Assembly (NCBI RefSeq): GCF_964355755.1
Contig: NC_092674.1
Coordinates: 25,668,001-25,732,000, forward strand
Length of the DNA: 64,000 bases
Direction of reading: 5' to 3'
From: Antedon mediterranea
Taxonomy: Eukaryota > Animalia > Echinodermata
Shown here: positions 11,350 through 25,900 of the stretch, piece by piece
How positions within the stretch are numbered: position 1 is the stretch's first letter
Layout: the number at the start of each line of letters is the position of its first letter
Made by a program: the position numbers and the translations under genes
The notes under the pieces: generated by a model
Told to the model about the DNA's origin: nothing
Seen by the model: only the letters and a program-made list of their open reading frames with translations
Database searches by the model: none

Positions 11350-12113
11350 GGACAGCTCTATTCAGGGGACAGCTCTATTCAGGGGACACCGCTCTTCTGG
11401 GACACTCCTATTCAGGGGACACCGTTCTTCTGGGGCACCCTTATTCAGGGGACACCTCTCTTCTGAGACACCTTATTCAGGGGACACCTCTCTTCTGGGA
11501 CACCCTTATTCAGGGGACACCTCTCTTCTGGGACACCCCTATTCAGGGGACACCTCTTTTCTGGGACACCCTTATTCAGGGGACACCTCTCTTCTGGGAC
11601 ACCCTTATTCAGGGGACACCTCTCATCTGGGACACACCTATTCAGGGGACACCTCTCTTCTGGGAAACCCCGATTCAGGGAACACCTCTCTTCTGGGACA
11701 CCCTTATTCAGGGGACACCTCTCTTCTGGGACACCCTTATTCAGGGGAAACCTCACTTCTGGGACACCCCTATTCAGGGGACACCTCTCTTCTGGGAAAC
11801 CCCTATTATTCAGGGGACACCTCTCTTCTGGGACACCCTTATTCAGGGGACACCTTTCTTCTGGGACACCCTTATTCAGGGGACACCTCTCTTCTGGGAC
11901 ACCCTTATTCAGGGGACACCTCTCTTCTGGGACACCCTTATTCAAGGGACACCTCTCTTCTGGGACACCCCTATTCAGGGGACACCTCTCTCATGGACAC
12001 CCTTATTCAGGGGACACCTCTCTTCTGGGACACCCTTATTCAGGGGACACCTCTCTTCTGGGACACCCCTATTCAGGGGACACCGCTCTTCTGGGAAACC
12101 CCTATTCAGGGGA
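11350..12113. repeat. 33-bp minisatellite (about 22 units of ttattcaggggacacctctcttctgggacaccc)
   Basis: Direct near-identical tandem units with no spacers. Confidence 0.97.
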
Positions 12114-12962
12114 CTGTAATGCAAATGATGGGCAACAATGCCCCATATTAAGGGGACACTTAAGTCATGAAGTTTATTTTTAATGAAGATTATTCTATTA
12201 AATTTTATGTAAAAAAAAAGTGTCATGAAAGGGCAGTAGTAAAATAGTAAATGCTTTCACATCTTTTTGTCAAATTAAACCACCTATAATACATGCATAT
12301 AATTACTGTTTTTAATATCAAGATATGGCTTTATGTGCAAGGAGGTAGTAGTAGAGGCGCCCAGCCTATTTTAATGCTTTCGACTCCTTAGCTAATGGAG
12401 TGGGAAATAAAGGTGACTTCAGTGTTCATTTTAGTGGCTTAACATAATAGTGTATCATTCCTTTCTGTATGTTCTACTTTTTCGTCTGAAAATTCAATAT
12501 ATTAATTAAATTAATAATTTGTTTTTAATGCACATATTTCCTGAGGAATTGATATGATATTTATGTAACAATTGAATCATAGCCTTACAATACCATCATC
12601 ACTATCAACAATATATAATTCTGGATTCTAAATAAATACAAACAAAACCCTATTACAAACATCATATTCACTATTATATCCTATGTTGATAAACTTCTTT
12701 TTAAAAGTATTTTTATCTAAATTTACAATATTTTTTTTACGTTAAATTTACAGAATGTGAGGCGATAGACAGTTTTTTGAATTTTATATTCATTTTATAA
12801 ACATTTATACAGTGCCTGATATTTACAAAGGTTAAAAGCACCCGACGTCATTCGTAACATAAAGCAATCTGGGGCTGTTGGTTGCATCTAAATGCCTCAC
12901 AAAAGACTACAGAACATGAGGACCATCTGTGTATCCTTAGAAACCACTCATGCGTTGCAATA

Positions 12963-13017
12963 GGTACAACCCTAGCAGAAAGCAGGATTCAATCCTGCTT
13001 TCTGCTAGGGTTGTACC
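12963..13017. repeat. Perfect inverted repeat, 27-bp arms with a 1-nt spacer
   Basis: ggtacaaccctagcagaaagcaggatt-c-aatcctgctttctgctagggttgtacc. Confidence 0.95.
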
Positions 13018-13731
13018 AACCTTTAGCTCTGTGGTATTGATATGACATCATCATGTCCATATAAGGACACATCACATTTTTTTGTCACATAAAGTTTGAT
13101 AGTGTAGACAGTGTATAGTGTATTAGTTGGGAAAGCCACTCGACAGTGCAGTTCTTTTGAACTGATCCACTTTTGGTTACCCGCAGGTGCTGATAGTACT
13201 TTTGTTCTGTTTTGTTATATAATAAAATAAAATAAAAATAAAGAGCTTTAGGATTGAAAGCAAACATGTTAACCGTCAAGTTTGCTTTGAGTATTGATGA
13301 AAATTAGGGAGCAGGACAATTTCTTCCTAATGTCAAAAAACTTCTCCCTAACGCTCATTCTTCTATAGTTTGTGAACGTAATCGAAGCCCAACTTCTCCG
13401 AAACATATGATAAAGGCTTTTTATGTAGGTATATGCAGGAAAAATAAAGGTATATACAGTATATATAAATGTTAAAATAAAAAAGGGGAATGATGTATGG
13501 GGGGGGGGGGGGGTTGAATGGGTGGTGTCGGGTAATAAATTATTATAGAAATGTCGAGAATTCCCATGTAAACCACTTGAATCTCCTTCTGTACTGATTT
13601 GAAAATGGATACATTTTGTGAATAGACTTTTTGACACAACAGCTTTTTTCATTCATTTTCTTTCTTTTTTTTGCACTGTTAAATACATTCATTTTTCCTT
13701 GTTCGGAAAAGTTTTTCCTTATTCGTAATTT

Positions 13732-13939
13732 TCATTCTTCTTTGATGGTTTGCTCTCCGTTTCTATCTTCCAACAGAGCTGGCGATTCACTGTGGAATTG
13801 CATATCAAAGAAGTCAAGAGAGTTTGTGCTGCTGAGTCGTCTTTGCTTACTCTCGTCACGGAGTTTGATCCACATGCCACGATTGCCATCAACCGTGTTT
13901 AACAAAACTTGTGCCTCTGGGAAAATATCCGCAAGAATC
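13732..13939 (-). CDS. PDE2A: PDE2 last coding exon
   Basis: [23 protein letters not shown]...IKEE*. Confidence 0.9.
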
Positions 13940-16900
13940 CTATAAATAACAAAAAATGATCAAACAATAAGAGAAATTTTGAATTCTTTCAAAAAAATCT
14001 GCTTACTATACGAAAGCAAAAAAAAACACATTATTATAATTTATGTTTATTAGTTATTTAGATATTGTTGGCTCTTTAGTTACAGTAAAATGGTCAGCCT
14101 TTCACTCACTCAGAGAAAAAAATAGTATGACATTAGAGATGATTTGAACCCAGTACACTGGTATTGGTATCTACCAACACACAACTCATCTCAATGGATT
14201 TAGAATCAAAGAATAAATTAACATCAATGATAAAAAAACAAATTTCAAAAATGAAATGATTGTGCTATGCAGCAAATGTATGTACATACATCTGATTCAT
14301 TATAATGTGTATATTGAGACACAGAGAATACAAAAAAAGCTGTCTGGTGCTTTAAAAAAGAGGTGAGATCAGCTACAGACTACAACTCCCTGCTAGAAGT
14401 ATAGAAAAAAGTTATTCTAAAAGCCAAGATGTAGCACCTTCAATGTGGACAATAGGTTCAGCTAAGTTAAGTATTTAATGTGCTATTGTTTCTTTTTATG
14501 TTATTACACCCTATTGTTTAATTCTATCAATGAATCTGTAGCTTTCTGAAATAACCAATGATATTATTGAGAAATATTAGTGTTGTACTGGGAGTGGACA
14601 TTAGCAATATAATATTGGTGATTTAGAAAGTAGAATACTCAAGCTAAAGTGTTGAAATATTTCAACACTTGTTATGTTATTAAAGGTATTTATTTATTCT
14701 GTCGTTATACTGAATGACACTTTCAGTGCTAAAGCATTGATTTCCAAAGTGGTTCAGTAGAGAAACGTTAACAATATAATAAAAATAATTCAAAGACAAA
14801 CTAACAAAGTACTTTACATTAGTACACACACATTTATAAAAAGGTAACTATCTACAAAACATATATTTCAGTATATATATAAAAATGGTATTTTGGGTTG
14901 ATATACAGTTTGTTTTTGTGTCATTTGAAAGTTTGTTCCATAATTTGGAAGGTAGATGACATAATTCTTCTTTTTTTTAGGATTAATTGGGTTGTCTTGA
15001 ATCTATTCATCTTCATTATTATGTTATATCCTTTGTTTTTTCCTGATGCTATATCAACCTCTTTTATATGTATGATGTATGGATTCAAAATAAAAAGATA
15101 ACTTTTTAAAACAACAAAATCAAACAAGAGTAACTCCAAACAAAGACATTCGATCATTTTCACATGGACAGTATTTACCAATTTACAAAAGTGTCACCAA
15201 AAGCAAGCCAATTTTACCAATGGTGGCTGTTATTGTTTTAGCCAAAAAACAGACAATTTCAAAAATATTCTCCCATTTAACTCATAAACATTCAGTATTC
15301 CTTTTAGTGATACATACAATAACAGGAGCACTGAGGAGAGACAAGCGGCTGTCAAAAACAACTCTAAAGCTTTGTCTACACTATCAAACCTCATGTGACA
15401 TGTGATGTGCATGTATGGACATGATGATGTCATATCACTACCATATTTAAGCATTTCACTACCATATTTGGGTACATCACATTTGGGTACATCACACTTG
15501 TCACATAAAGTTTGATAGTGTCTATAGAACTAATTTGATACTGTAGACAGAGCTTTAGATATGACTTACTGATACACAGGTCGTGCTATGTGTTGAAGGA
15601 AATTTAGTTGAAGTTCAGGAATGAAAGCCTTTTCTCGGTCGTACATCTCTAGTGGCGGGATACCTATTGCCTTCTCAAGGTCACCTTGTGTGAAAAACTC
15701 TCTGTAGATCAGCTCCTACAAATCAAAAAAATACAAATTGAAAAAAAAACAGTTTAAAAAAATGTTTATTTATTGATATTTTTAAAGAGATATGCTGTAA
15801 TGGTTTGGCAAAGCTTGGTTCCCACTAGGACGTAAACGCAACGCAAGCGTTTTAACCAATGACAAGCAAAGTTATAGACAGTTAGCAATCAAAGCGAATA
15901 AGCCATCGCTTGTGATTGGTCAATCCACTTGCGTTGCGTTACGTCCTTGCGTTGTGTCGCTAGTGGGAACCACGCTTAAGAGGCATGAGTTTGAGACCTG
16001 TCTGTGCCATTATGGCCTGTATCTTTGTCGAAGATACATTACCCTCATTGCCTCATCTTTGGATGGGACATACAGCTGTTGGTCCCCTGTACATACAACA
16101 TAAATTGTCTCCCAATGTGTTCATGGTATTAGTGCGGCACTGTGACTGCTGTGGGTGGTCCGAATTTCCTCAACTGGACGATAAATAACAATACATTTAC
16201 ATTGTTTAAATTATAAATACTTACTGCAATTTTCTTAGTTGTCTTCCAGCCTTTTGTCTGATCTGATAAATCACAGCTTGTCATCAATAAACATAGCAGC
16301 AACTTTCTACAGCGTGGATCCTCCTTTTTGTACCCCTCTACAAAAGAAGAAAAACAAATATAAAACAAATAGTTATGAGCTAGGCTAGTTGGGTCTATTC
16401 ACCAATCTAACAGCAGAATGCTGATCGAGCTCCGGAGATCAAAGGGTTTATCTGTGGCTGTGAAACGATCAGTTCAGTAATAGACACTGCGCGCCGCGGA
16501 GAATATGTACATAGTACAGTACTATTAGTATTTGTTGCAGCCAGACATAAGATGAAAGGACTGTTACAAGTTCCTATCTTGGCAAGGCAAGCTCAGTATC
16601 ATGTTAGATTGCTTTGCTACTACATTACCCTTTGCCATTTTCTTCAAGTCTTTGATGATTCGTAAATGATGAGCTAAGTCTGTTGCCAGTATAATGTCTT
16701 GCATCAGATCAAGTACCTCTTGGTAATCCTTCAAATCAAACAATTTTAAATATTTAAAGCTCTGTCTACACTATCAAACTTTATGTGACAAAAAAATGTG
16801 ATGTGGCCAATTATGGAAGTTATATGCACAAATATGGTAGTGATATGACATCATCAAGTCCATATGGGCACATCACTTATTTGCTAGACCACAGGGAATA

Positions 16901-19900
16901 TAAGTGGTATAATGTAGTATTAATATTTACTGTACAATGACAATTTACACTGGAAATCGACAATTTTAAACTAAATCTTACTTGTCGTGATAGTGTTTCA
17001 AAAATATTGCAACCTTCTGTATTTAAAATGCACATTGCTTGGGCAAAGTGATGCCTCTGTATTGAGATAAAACAAAATAAATAATTAATTGATTTTAAAG
17101 CTCAGTCTACACTATCAAACTTTATGTTTATGTCTAAACTAGATATTGTACAGAGCTTTAAGCAGTAAATTACGACTTCCTTTTTTAAAACTCCTACTCT
17201 ACTTTCTATGAAAATCATTCTCTCTACTGCCCCTCCCCCTCATACCCACACAACCCTTAAAACAAAGCACCAAAACTACTGCATCTCTAATAACTAGATT
17301 TTGTTTTGTACAGTATACGGTTATTATGGATCTTTTGATTTTGACCTATATTTATTTTATTTATTAATAATTTACCTCCATCACTGAGCCTTCTGAACTA
17401 TAGAGGGCAGCAAGCACTGAATCCTAATAATTAAAAGAAAATCATTTTATTTATGAAGTATTGTATATTTTATTGGTGGGTTCTTTAGAAATAACAAATA
17501 ACAGTAAACTTACAGAATGGACTTGAAAGCTGTTGTTGGTGCCTCGGTGGTCAAGGTCGTGACAAAGACAAGCAACAAATAACGCTAATATTTCAATTTC
17601 CCTAGAAAAGATGATTACATAAAAAATAATGATAAAAACTTATAAAGTGCATTATTCTAGGCCTCAAGGATTTAACAATAAAAGAAGAATTACGAAAAAT
17701 ACAAGTAAAAAGGTTGAGGTTTTAATGCTCTAAAATTCTCAATTGAAGTTGCCTGGGGGGATAGAAATATTGGGTATAATGTGTATTTTTTATTGGTTGG
17801 AAGTTTGTATGTCAACTTTTATATATTGTCCCCCCTTATTAAAACTAAAAAATAACCTATTCAAAGTCTGATTTTATTAATCTTTATTTTTCATCTTTTT
17901 GGGGGACAATACGTCTTTAAACAAGTAAAGTAAATTACCTGAGAGCATTTAAATTGTTGATATTTTTGTAGAGTAGATAACAGAAGTGTCCTACAGTAAA
18001 TGCATGGTACCAGTTGTGGTAAGGAGGGTCACGATAACCCTTTTTCACCATCAGAAAGAAGTTAGTCAGTGTCTTCTTGTCTATCCTGTAGCTATTCAGC
18101 AGACCCATATCGTCAAACATACTTAGACATACCTAAAGAATGAATTATATAACAACCAATTACATAATATTAGTGAGTGGTCAAGCGGGTAAGACAGTGG
18201 AAAAGTAATTACGTATAGCCATAAAGCCAATTTTTTTGCTGAGCATTTCGATTCGCATGGGTACTCATGAAAGCGTCATAGCTTATTTCCTGATCTCTGA
18301 TTGGTTGCGCAATATTTCGCTTCGCAAAAAGTAGAAATAATTCGAACTAGTAAATTTCGCTGAAGAACTTAGTACATCATTCGAGACAAATAGAGGGTTA
18401 CGCCGGTGTACTATTACATCACAACCACTGATCATGACTGGGCCCTCTGGTAGACCAGTTTTTGCCTGAAGAAGTTTCCCAGTATAAATAAAATATTTCA
18501 ATTCAATTCAGTCAATCAAATCTTTTGTTTTGGAAAAAAAAACATACCTAAGGTGAATATCTATTATCAAAATTAACTTTAGACCAGTGTTCCTAAAATT
18601 AGGCCTAACAAAAGATAATTGTTATGTCATTCAAGCCCGACCGACAACAGTCAGTAGTTCTTTATCCTGTTTGTTTATCATTGATGTTGTACTTAGGCAA
18701 CATTGGGCCCTATTGATCATAAATATAGCTGACGAGGCCTAGTGTTTACGTTATGCATTCAGTCATACTGTATGACCAAATTAGCTGTGGACGAGCTGGT
18801 TATAAATTGGTCTAAAGCTCTGTCCACACTATCAAACTTTATGTGACAAACAAAATGTGATGTGCGATATATGAACATGATGTCATATCACTACCATTGT
18901 GGGTATATCCCTATCATATTGGGCACATCACACTTTTTTTTGTCAAACTAGTTTGATAGTGTAGACAGAGCTTTAGGCCTTTTGTTATGTAGTCATGATT
19001 GATTCACAAGTTTAAACCATATCGTAGCAAACATGGTATATTACTATACATGGGACCCTTACCATGATAGTATCATAATCAGCAATTCCTCGTGGTGAGT
19101 ATGTCATATTAGTAATAAGAGGATCATATTCCAATATCGGTCTTATTTCATCACTTTCAAACACTGTGTCTTCATCAGTAACCTGAAATACAAAAACAAC
19201 AAATTTTGTAATATCAATTTGCATTTATTTTAAATTATTGTATGTTTTTGTTATTAAATTACTATTTATTTTTCTTTTTTTGTGTATATATTTTATTAAT
19301 TACAAAACAAAGCATAAAAAATAGCTACAATAAAGCATACAGAGTTAAAGCAAACAAATAAATTGAATGATATAAAAACAAGATTAAATATAAAGTACAT
19401 AAAACCTAAGCGATTGTTGAAAAACTCAAATTTGGAAGTATAATAATATTTTTTTTTCTTTTTTGATCATAATAACAAAGTAAAGACATCCATAACTATT
19501 AACAATATAATGCATAATAATGCCATATAAAATAATGATAAAAAAATATATAATGAATGAATATTCACAATAATATAAATGTAAATAAAAATATTGAAAA
19601 GTATTGAAAATGTAAAAATGTGTTTCCATAATAATAGACGGTTAAACAGCTGCTAGTAAAAATATTTTAAATTAAGAATTTTAATGGCATTTTTTTTCAT
19701 AATAAAATTTTATGAATAATTCTGTATATATCATCAGTATTGAATGAATTGTTTGTATTTTGATGAACTTAACTTTTAAGGTATTAATTTTTATGATATT
19801 ATGAATAATTTTTTTTTTCAAGCCATCACCAATTACAGGATGGATAAACTAATTTATAATTTATCATGCTTATAAAATAAGTCTTATTTGAGGCTAAGGG

Positions 19901-22900
19901 AGTGAAGTTGAAAGAATCGTGAGTTACAACCCTGGAACTAGGTCAGGATTGAACCCTGGACCTTGGGATTGGAAGGCAAGCATGTTAACCACCAAGCTAC
20001 AGCTCAAGTAATTTTCTGGTGCACCAGATGAATGTCACTGATATAAAACTAATTTTAAATTGCACACAAAAAATATTAGTATGTTTTGACAATTCACCAA
20101 TATTAGCAAAATTCTGAAAATAATTTAGAAAAAGATAAATAGATTAAAAACAAGCAATTAACTGCATTAAACTAAAACAACCCACTGACCCACGCTAAAC
20201 CACATGACACAACTTTGAGAGAAGAAATAAGTAGAGAAAATCACCAATATACTTTGAAAGTACTGTAAGATTTGATCAAACAAGTGCAAGAATTTAAAGG
20301 CTATAGTTTGCTGTCAAAAAGGGATTTGACAGGTATAAAGACAGTGCTTGTGAAATGCACAAAAGAAATTTTAATTTAGTGGAATAAAGTGCTTAGTCGA
20401 GTACGCAGAAGTGACACGCGTGTATTAATCGGATATGTAAATACTAGATACATACTTGATTCACCAAAAAATATGATGAGCCCATATATGGACATGATGG
20501 ACATCATTTTACTACTATATTTGGGCATATCACTTTTTTCGTCAGTTTAATAGTGTAGACAGAGCCTAAGAATTACTTACAGCAGAACTTGTTTGATCAT
20601 TTACAGTTAAAAAACACATAAAAAAACGTAGAAACATATAAAATTAGTTATTAAAATTCAGAAGAAAAAGTTGTGCTTTTACTGTGTGCTGTACAAGTAT
20701 GTAAGAAGGAAAAGCACAGAGATTATTACCCCTCCCTCGCTTCTCTAAGTTACGCAATTGAACAAGGAAAAAAGAAATTGTTACTTATTAATTAAAAAAA
20801 CAAAAACATAACATAATAATAACTGTTGATGGGCACAAAGTGCATATAATAAATAAATGGATTGTTTATTTAATGTCATAATATCCATGCTTATGAAATA
20901 ACTTTGTGTCCATTTGAATACAGTAGAACAAAAAGTGTTCCCTTAATAGATGTGTTCCCTTAATAGATGTGTCCTCTTAATAGAGGTTAGTTTTAGTGTC
21001 AAAACATATATTTTTTGTGATGTGATGGGAGAGTGTCTTGTAAATAGGGTTATCTATCTTTATCTTTATCTATCATACTCATCCCACAGCGAGTAACTCG
21101 CCAATTACAGGATGGATAAACTATTTAATAATTCATTGTGCTTATAAACTAAGTCTCATTTGAGGCTTAGGGAGTGGAGTTGAAAGAGTCATGAGTTACA
21201 ACCCTGCACTAGGTCAGGATTGAACCCGGGACCTTGGGATTGGAAGGCAAGCACGTTAACCACCAAGCTACAGCTCCACTACGCTACAGCTCTATCTAAA
21301 GATCTGTTTAGTTTACACTGACCAAAAAAATGTGATGTGCCCAAAAATGGTAGTGATATCATCGTGTCCAAATATGGACACATACTTTTTTTTGTCACAT
21401 ACAGTTTGATAGTGTAGACAGAGCTTTAGGCTGGTTGTGACATCATTAAAGATATTTATAGGGCTATTTCTACCTGATGTGTATACAATAGTTAAATTGT
21501 AAAACTGACCTTCATGTGGTACATCATAAGCTCATTGGATAGCTTACTACGGTACTGAGCATCTTTCATTCTCGTGTAGAGCAAACTCTATAGAAAAAAA
21601 ACAACAGTTTTGATCTTAATCAAAAAGATCATGACAAAGATTATTAGAGAGATAATGATGATGATGTCACATCTCGGTAGTATTGCATACTTACATGAAC
21701 GATACTAATGCCGCAGTAGACAGAAAAGGCACTGGCTACCTCTTCATCGTGTTTAGTAAAATATAATCCTGAAAAGACAACATATATATAATTTATTAAT
21801 ATTCGCTTAGCGACTTAAAAGTACTTAAGTATTTACTATCTCTAACCATCAAGATAGTATAACCATAACCGTATAATGGATTGAAATAACATTTTACAAA
21901 GTGTTTAGAGGGTTATCTAAACAGCGCATAGAGACTATCTGTATTTTGCGCTATATAAATTTAAAACCATTAAACCATTATCCTTTGCTCCTACTCATGT
22001 TCTTTGGACTGTCTTTGCTTGTCTTTTTTTCTTTGTTTCGAATTTGTTATTTTTAAGACTTTTTGATGTTTTTTGTATTTTTATGAGCAATAAATAAAAA
22101 CAAACAAAGAAACAAGTAATCATAATCTAAATATTATTTTATTAGGCATTATTAATATTACGCAAAAAAAATTCGTTCGAACAGCTGTGTATAATGATAT
22201 ACTTTCCACGATGATAATGAATAAGGTAGTCTACATTATTGCATTGTAGTAGAGAGAAGAGAAAAAAACTTACCGTCAATTTTGTTACATAGTTCGGCAA
22301 TACCTATCACCTCTACAAACAAATTAAGTACACATGTATTACAATAAACAAATGTTAACAATATTGAAAAAAAAATTATTAACAAGTACATTAGATTAAA
22401 AAGAAAGAGGAAAACGAAGAAGATTTAATGGCAAAATCAATCAATCCAGCTGAAAGAAAAAGCTGCTGGCAAAAGCTATTATGGGTACATCCCTGAATAA
22501 ACACATGTAGAGCCTACACAGTGTATGACCCACAGTAAATTAATAAACTAGTATTAGAAATCTTTAAAGATGTATTGTCCCCCAAAAACATGAAAAATGA
22601 AGATTAATTAAATCAGACTTTGAATATGTTATTTTGTAGTTTTAATAAAGTTAATCAATTCCGTAGAAAAAAAAAAATGTTTTCACTTATAAAATGACAA
22701 AATAAATGCTTAAATTCAACCAAAAACCCATTGGCTGGCAGCCAATTTGACATTTTTTTCCTTTAAATTACAGTTTTTTCAAGTAAATACATTTTTTTTT
22801 TGGCAAACCAACTTTTGGTCAAAGTGGATAACTATTAGGTGACATTAAAATGGCATATTCAACAAAAATTGTAAGAATTGTTTTTTCGGGGGGACAATAT

Positions 22901-25900
22901 ATCTTTAACATGACAAACTCACAACCGAATCGAATCCCTTGGTCTAGACTAGAAAATAATGAATTTTTATCGCGTCTGATCTTTGTCGTTATCATCATCA
23001 TTCATTCATTCTCTTTTTTGTTCTCTCAATCTCCAGTTGGTTCAGTATCTTTCTGTTTGTTCATTTTAGTAACTCTAACCAGACAACAAGTGTTCCAAAA
23101 CATATTTACTGTAGTACATTTTGTGTGAACTTGGGTCAAATAAACAACCAAAATGAATGACACTTACTTGAGCTACTATTAGAGTTATCCATTATAGGAA
23201 AGCAAAGAATATTCTTGGTTTTAAAACCTGTTTCCTTATCAACTCCAGAGTAAAATAATGGATGCGAATATGCATCTTTTATGTTCAACGTTTTCCCTGA
23301 AAAAACAAACACAAAATCCACTTTTTGTTATCATGTCGATCTGTATTTTTAATTTTGTTGTTATCTACCTTAGCATAGAAATACATGTGTATATGTATTT
23401 CTATGCTATGCTAATGTAGACATCTGTGCAACAATAAGTGCTACCCATTGGTGGGCTGATGATTGGTACCAATACTTATAGAATCTGGCCACCATTTGTA
23501 GTAGACTAAGCCATGTACTATATACACAACAATGTTTATGTATGATTTGATTGTAATTGGCAAAGACCAACTCCATGAAGACGTGACCATTGGGACGGCT
23601 GACAAAAAAATAAAGACATTTAGTTGATAATATTATACACCTTTATACTTTTAATTTTTTTCTCCTGTAGCCATATCTACGTTCAATTTTTGATAATTCA
23701 ATAGTTTTTAAAAATAAAATAAATATAAAATGTATAAAGTTCACCTGTTGTGGCAACATGGCCTGCAATTCCTTGGTTGATTGGAAAACGAACCTCAGCA
23801 CACTCTTCTTTGACATTACCATCAAACACCTTAGCGACTAACATGTCCTTCTCAACTAAGAACAATGAACATCTAAACACAAGAAAATAATCAATAAATC
23901 AAATAATCAACAGTTTTTCATGCATTGAAACTTGCAGTAAAGCTCTGACGACACTATCAAACTAGTTTGATGTGCCCAAATATGGTAGTGATATAATAAT
24001 AGTTCATTCTTATATAGCAATCTACAAGCAAGATTCTCTAAGCGCTGAACATTATCACCCCAGTAATTTTTTGGATCAAACACGTATGGAAACATACTCC
24101 CATAATGCAGCTAGTAATCAGCGCAAAGTTGTGTCTTGATCTAACCGGGTACCCATTTATACACCTGGGTGGAGAGAGGCAAACGCAAGTAAAGTATCTT
24201 GCCTAAGGACAAGCAATGCGGCAAGAGTTGGATTCGAACCTCGGTCTAACGATCAGTAGTCCAACGTCCAACACCATGCGCCACATGCCCAAATACAGTA
24301 GTGACATGACATCATCATGTCCATATATAGGCACATCACATTTTCTTTTCACATAAAGTTTGATAGTGTAGACAGGGGCTTAAGGAATTATGAAAAAAAT
24401 GGGAAGATTTTGCTGGCCACACAAGAGAAGCTATGCTGAAAAGAAGTACTTTAAAGATCAATTGTATGGATGCAACTTATGTACAAGACATGATAACCAA
24501 GTCAATATTGACATTAACAATTTGGAGATAATTTCATGATAAATCAAAATCAATGAATTAGATCGTGATTACATGCATACATAGTTGGTTCGTCATGTTT
24601 GTAATATACAAACTTATGATGGTTATATCTATGCTATTAAAGATTTCCCCCAAAAACATGAAAAATATAGAGTAATTAAATTAGAATTTGAATATTGTGT
24701 TTTGTAGTTTTTTCTTCTGTAGAAAAAACAGAAAAAATCATGTTTTCACTTATAAAATGACAAATAAATTCAACCAAAATTCCATTGGCTGGCAGAAGAT
24801 TTGACTATTTTTTTTGCTTTAAATTACAGTTTTTTCAGGTATATAATTTTTTTGTCGATCTATTTTTTTCAAAGTGGATAACCATTATGTGACATTAAAA
24901 TGGCATATTCAACAACAAAAAAATTGAAAAATTATTTTTCAGTTGGACAATACATCTTTAACTTTGCAGATAACTGAATAAATAGACAATCGATCAATCA
25001 ATATACGAAGATTGTTTTTTTTTTTTTTAACTAAATTGAAATTCACCTTTCAGCTTGTGTGAGATTTCTAGCTTCTTGCATTATCTCCCGTAGCAACATT
25101 GTGTCGTCATCTAAAAAATTAAAATTCAATATATAAAAAAATTTAAAAATACATTGTTCAATAATTTATTTAACATAATAAACATGCACATATTCAAAAT
25201 AAAGTGTATATAGGTTGTATTGTACATAAAATGTTTATTGTGCGACTGATATTAAAGCTCTGTCCACACTATCAGACTGTGACAAAAAAATGTGATGTGC
25301 CCATATATAGACATAATGATGTCATACCACTATTATATATGGACATATCACTACCATATTTGGGCACATCACACTTTTTTTTGTCAAACTAGTTTGATAG
25401 GTTTAAAAAAAGCTCTGTCCACAATATCAAACTGTGACAAAAAATGTGATGTGCTCATATATGGACATGATGATGTCATACCACTACTATATATGGGCAT
25501 ATCACTACCATATTTGGGCACATCACACTTCTTTTTGTCAAACTAGTTTGATAGTGTAGACATAGCTTAAGAAAAAAAATGTGGAAAAGTTGATTGAAGA
25601 GAAAGTATGGAAAGCTGCAGAGGTGTTTATTGCAACAGTAAGTAGCTGTGTGAGGTCTGTATTAATCCATTATACGTAAGAAGTGTCTACTGAAAATTGA
25701 TGATGACGATGATGCTTGTTAATTCATATCTCGTAGGAATTTAATTACAAATATCAAAACAAAATTAATGTGAAAATTGAACAAGCAATTATGAATTAAT
25801 GAACAGTGTGAAAGATAATGAATATTAATAAATCGTATAAGAAAAACGAACTCAAAAAACAAAAACACTTCAACAACCGAAAACAATAAAATATTCAAAA

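Noticed and set aside
11445-12226. Repetitive ORFs (NKGVPEERCPL)n, and possible CRISPR array
   Set aside because: The 33-bp unit is a multiple of 3 and lacks stops in one frame, so the ORFs are a by-product. Units are contiguous with no unique spacers, no cas genes are present, and the DNA is eukaryotic.
13631-13945. Plus-strand 104-aa ORF and similar antisense ORFs (1976, 5996, 26733, 26921, 36518)
   Set aside because: These are antisense shadows of real minus-strand exons
21225-21280. tRNA-like sequences at SINE heads (also at 54989 and 46260-46328)
   Set aside because: No complete cloverleaf; each continues into a multicopy SINE body
22915-23080. Purine-rich pseudo-exon (minus strand) ending in a good gtgagt donor between two GAF-B exons
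   Set aside because: All frames contain stops from the available acceptors, and the flanking exons already join in phase. A poison exon cannot be excluded but is unsupported.
25204-25546. ORFs containing KKCDVPIY...LPYLGTSH (also at 4881, 15230 and 34691)
   Set aside because: They are translations of non-coding MITE family 1 copies, not a protein family
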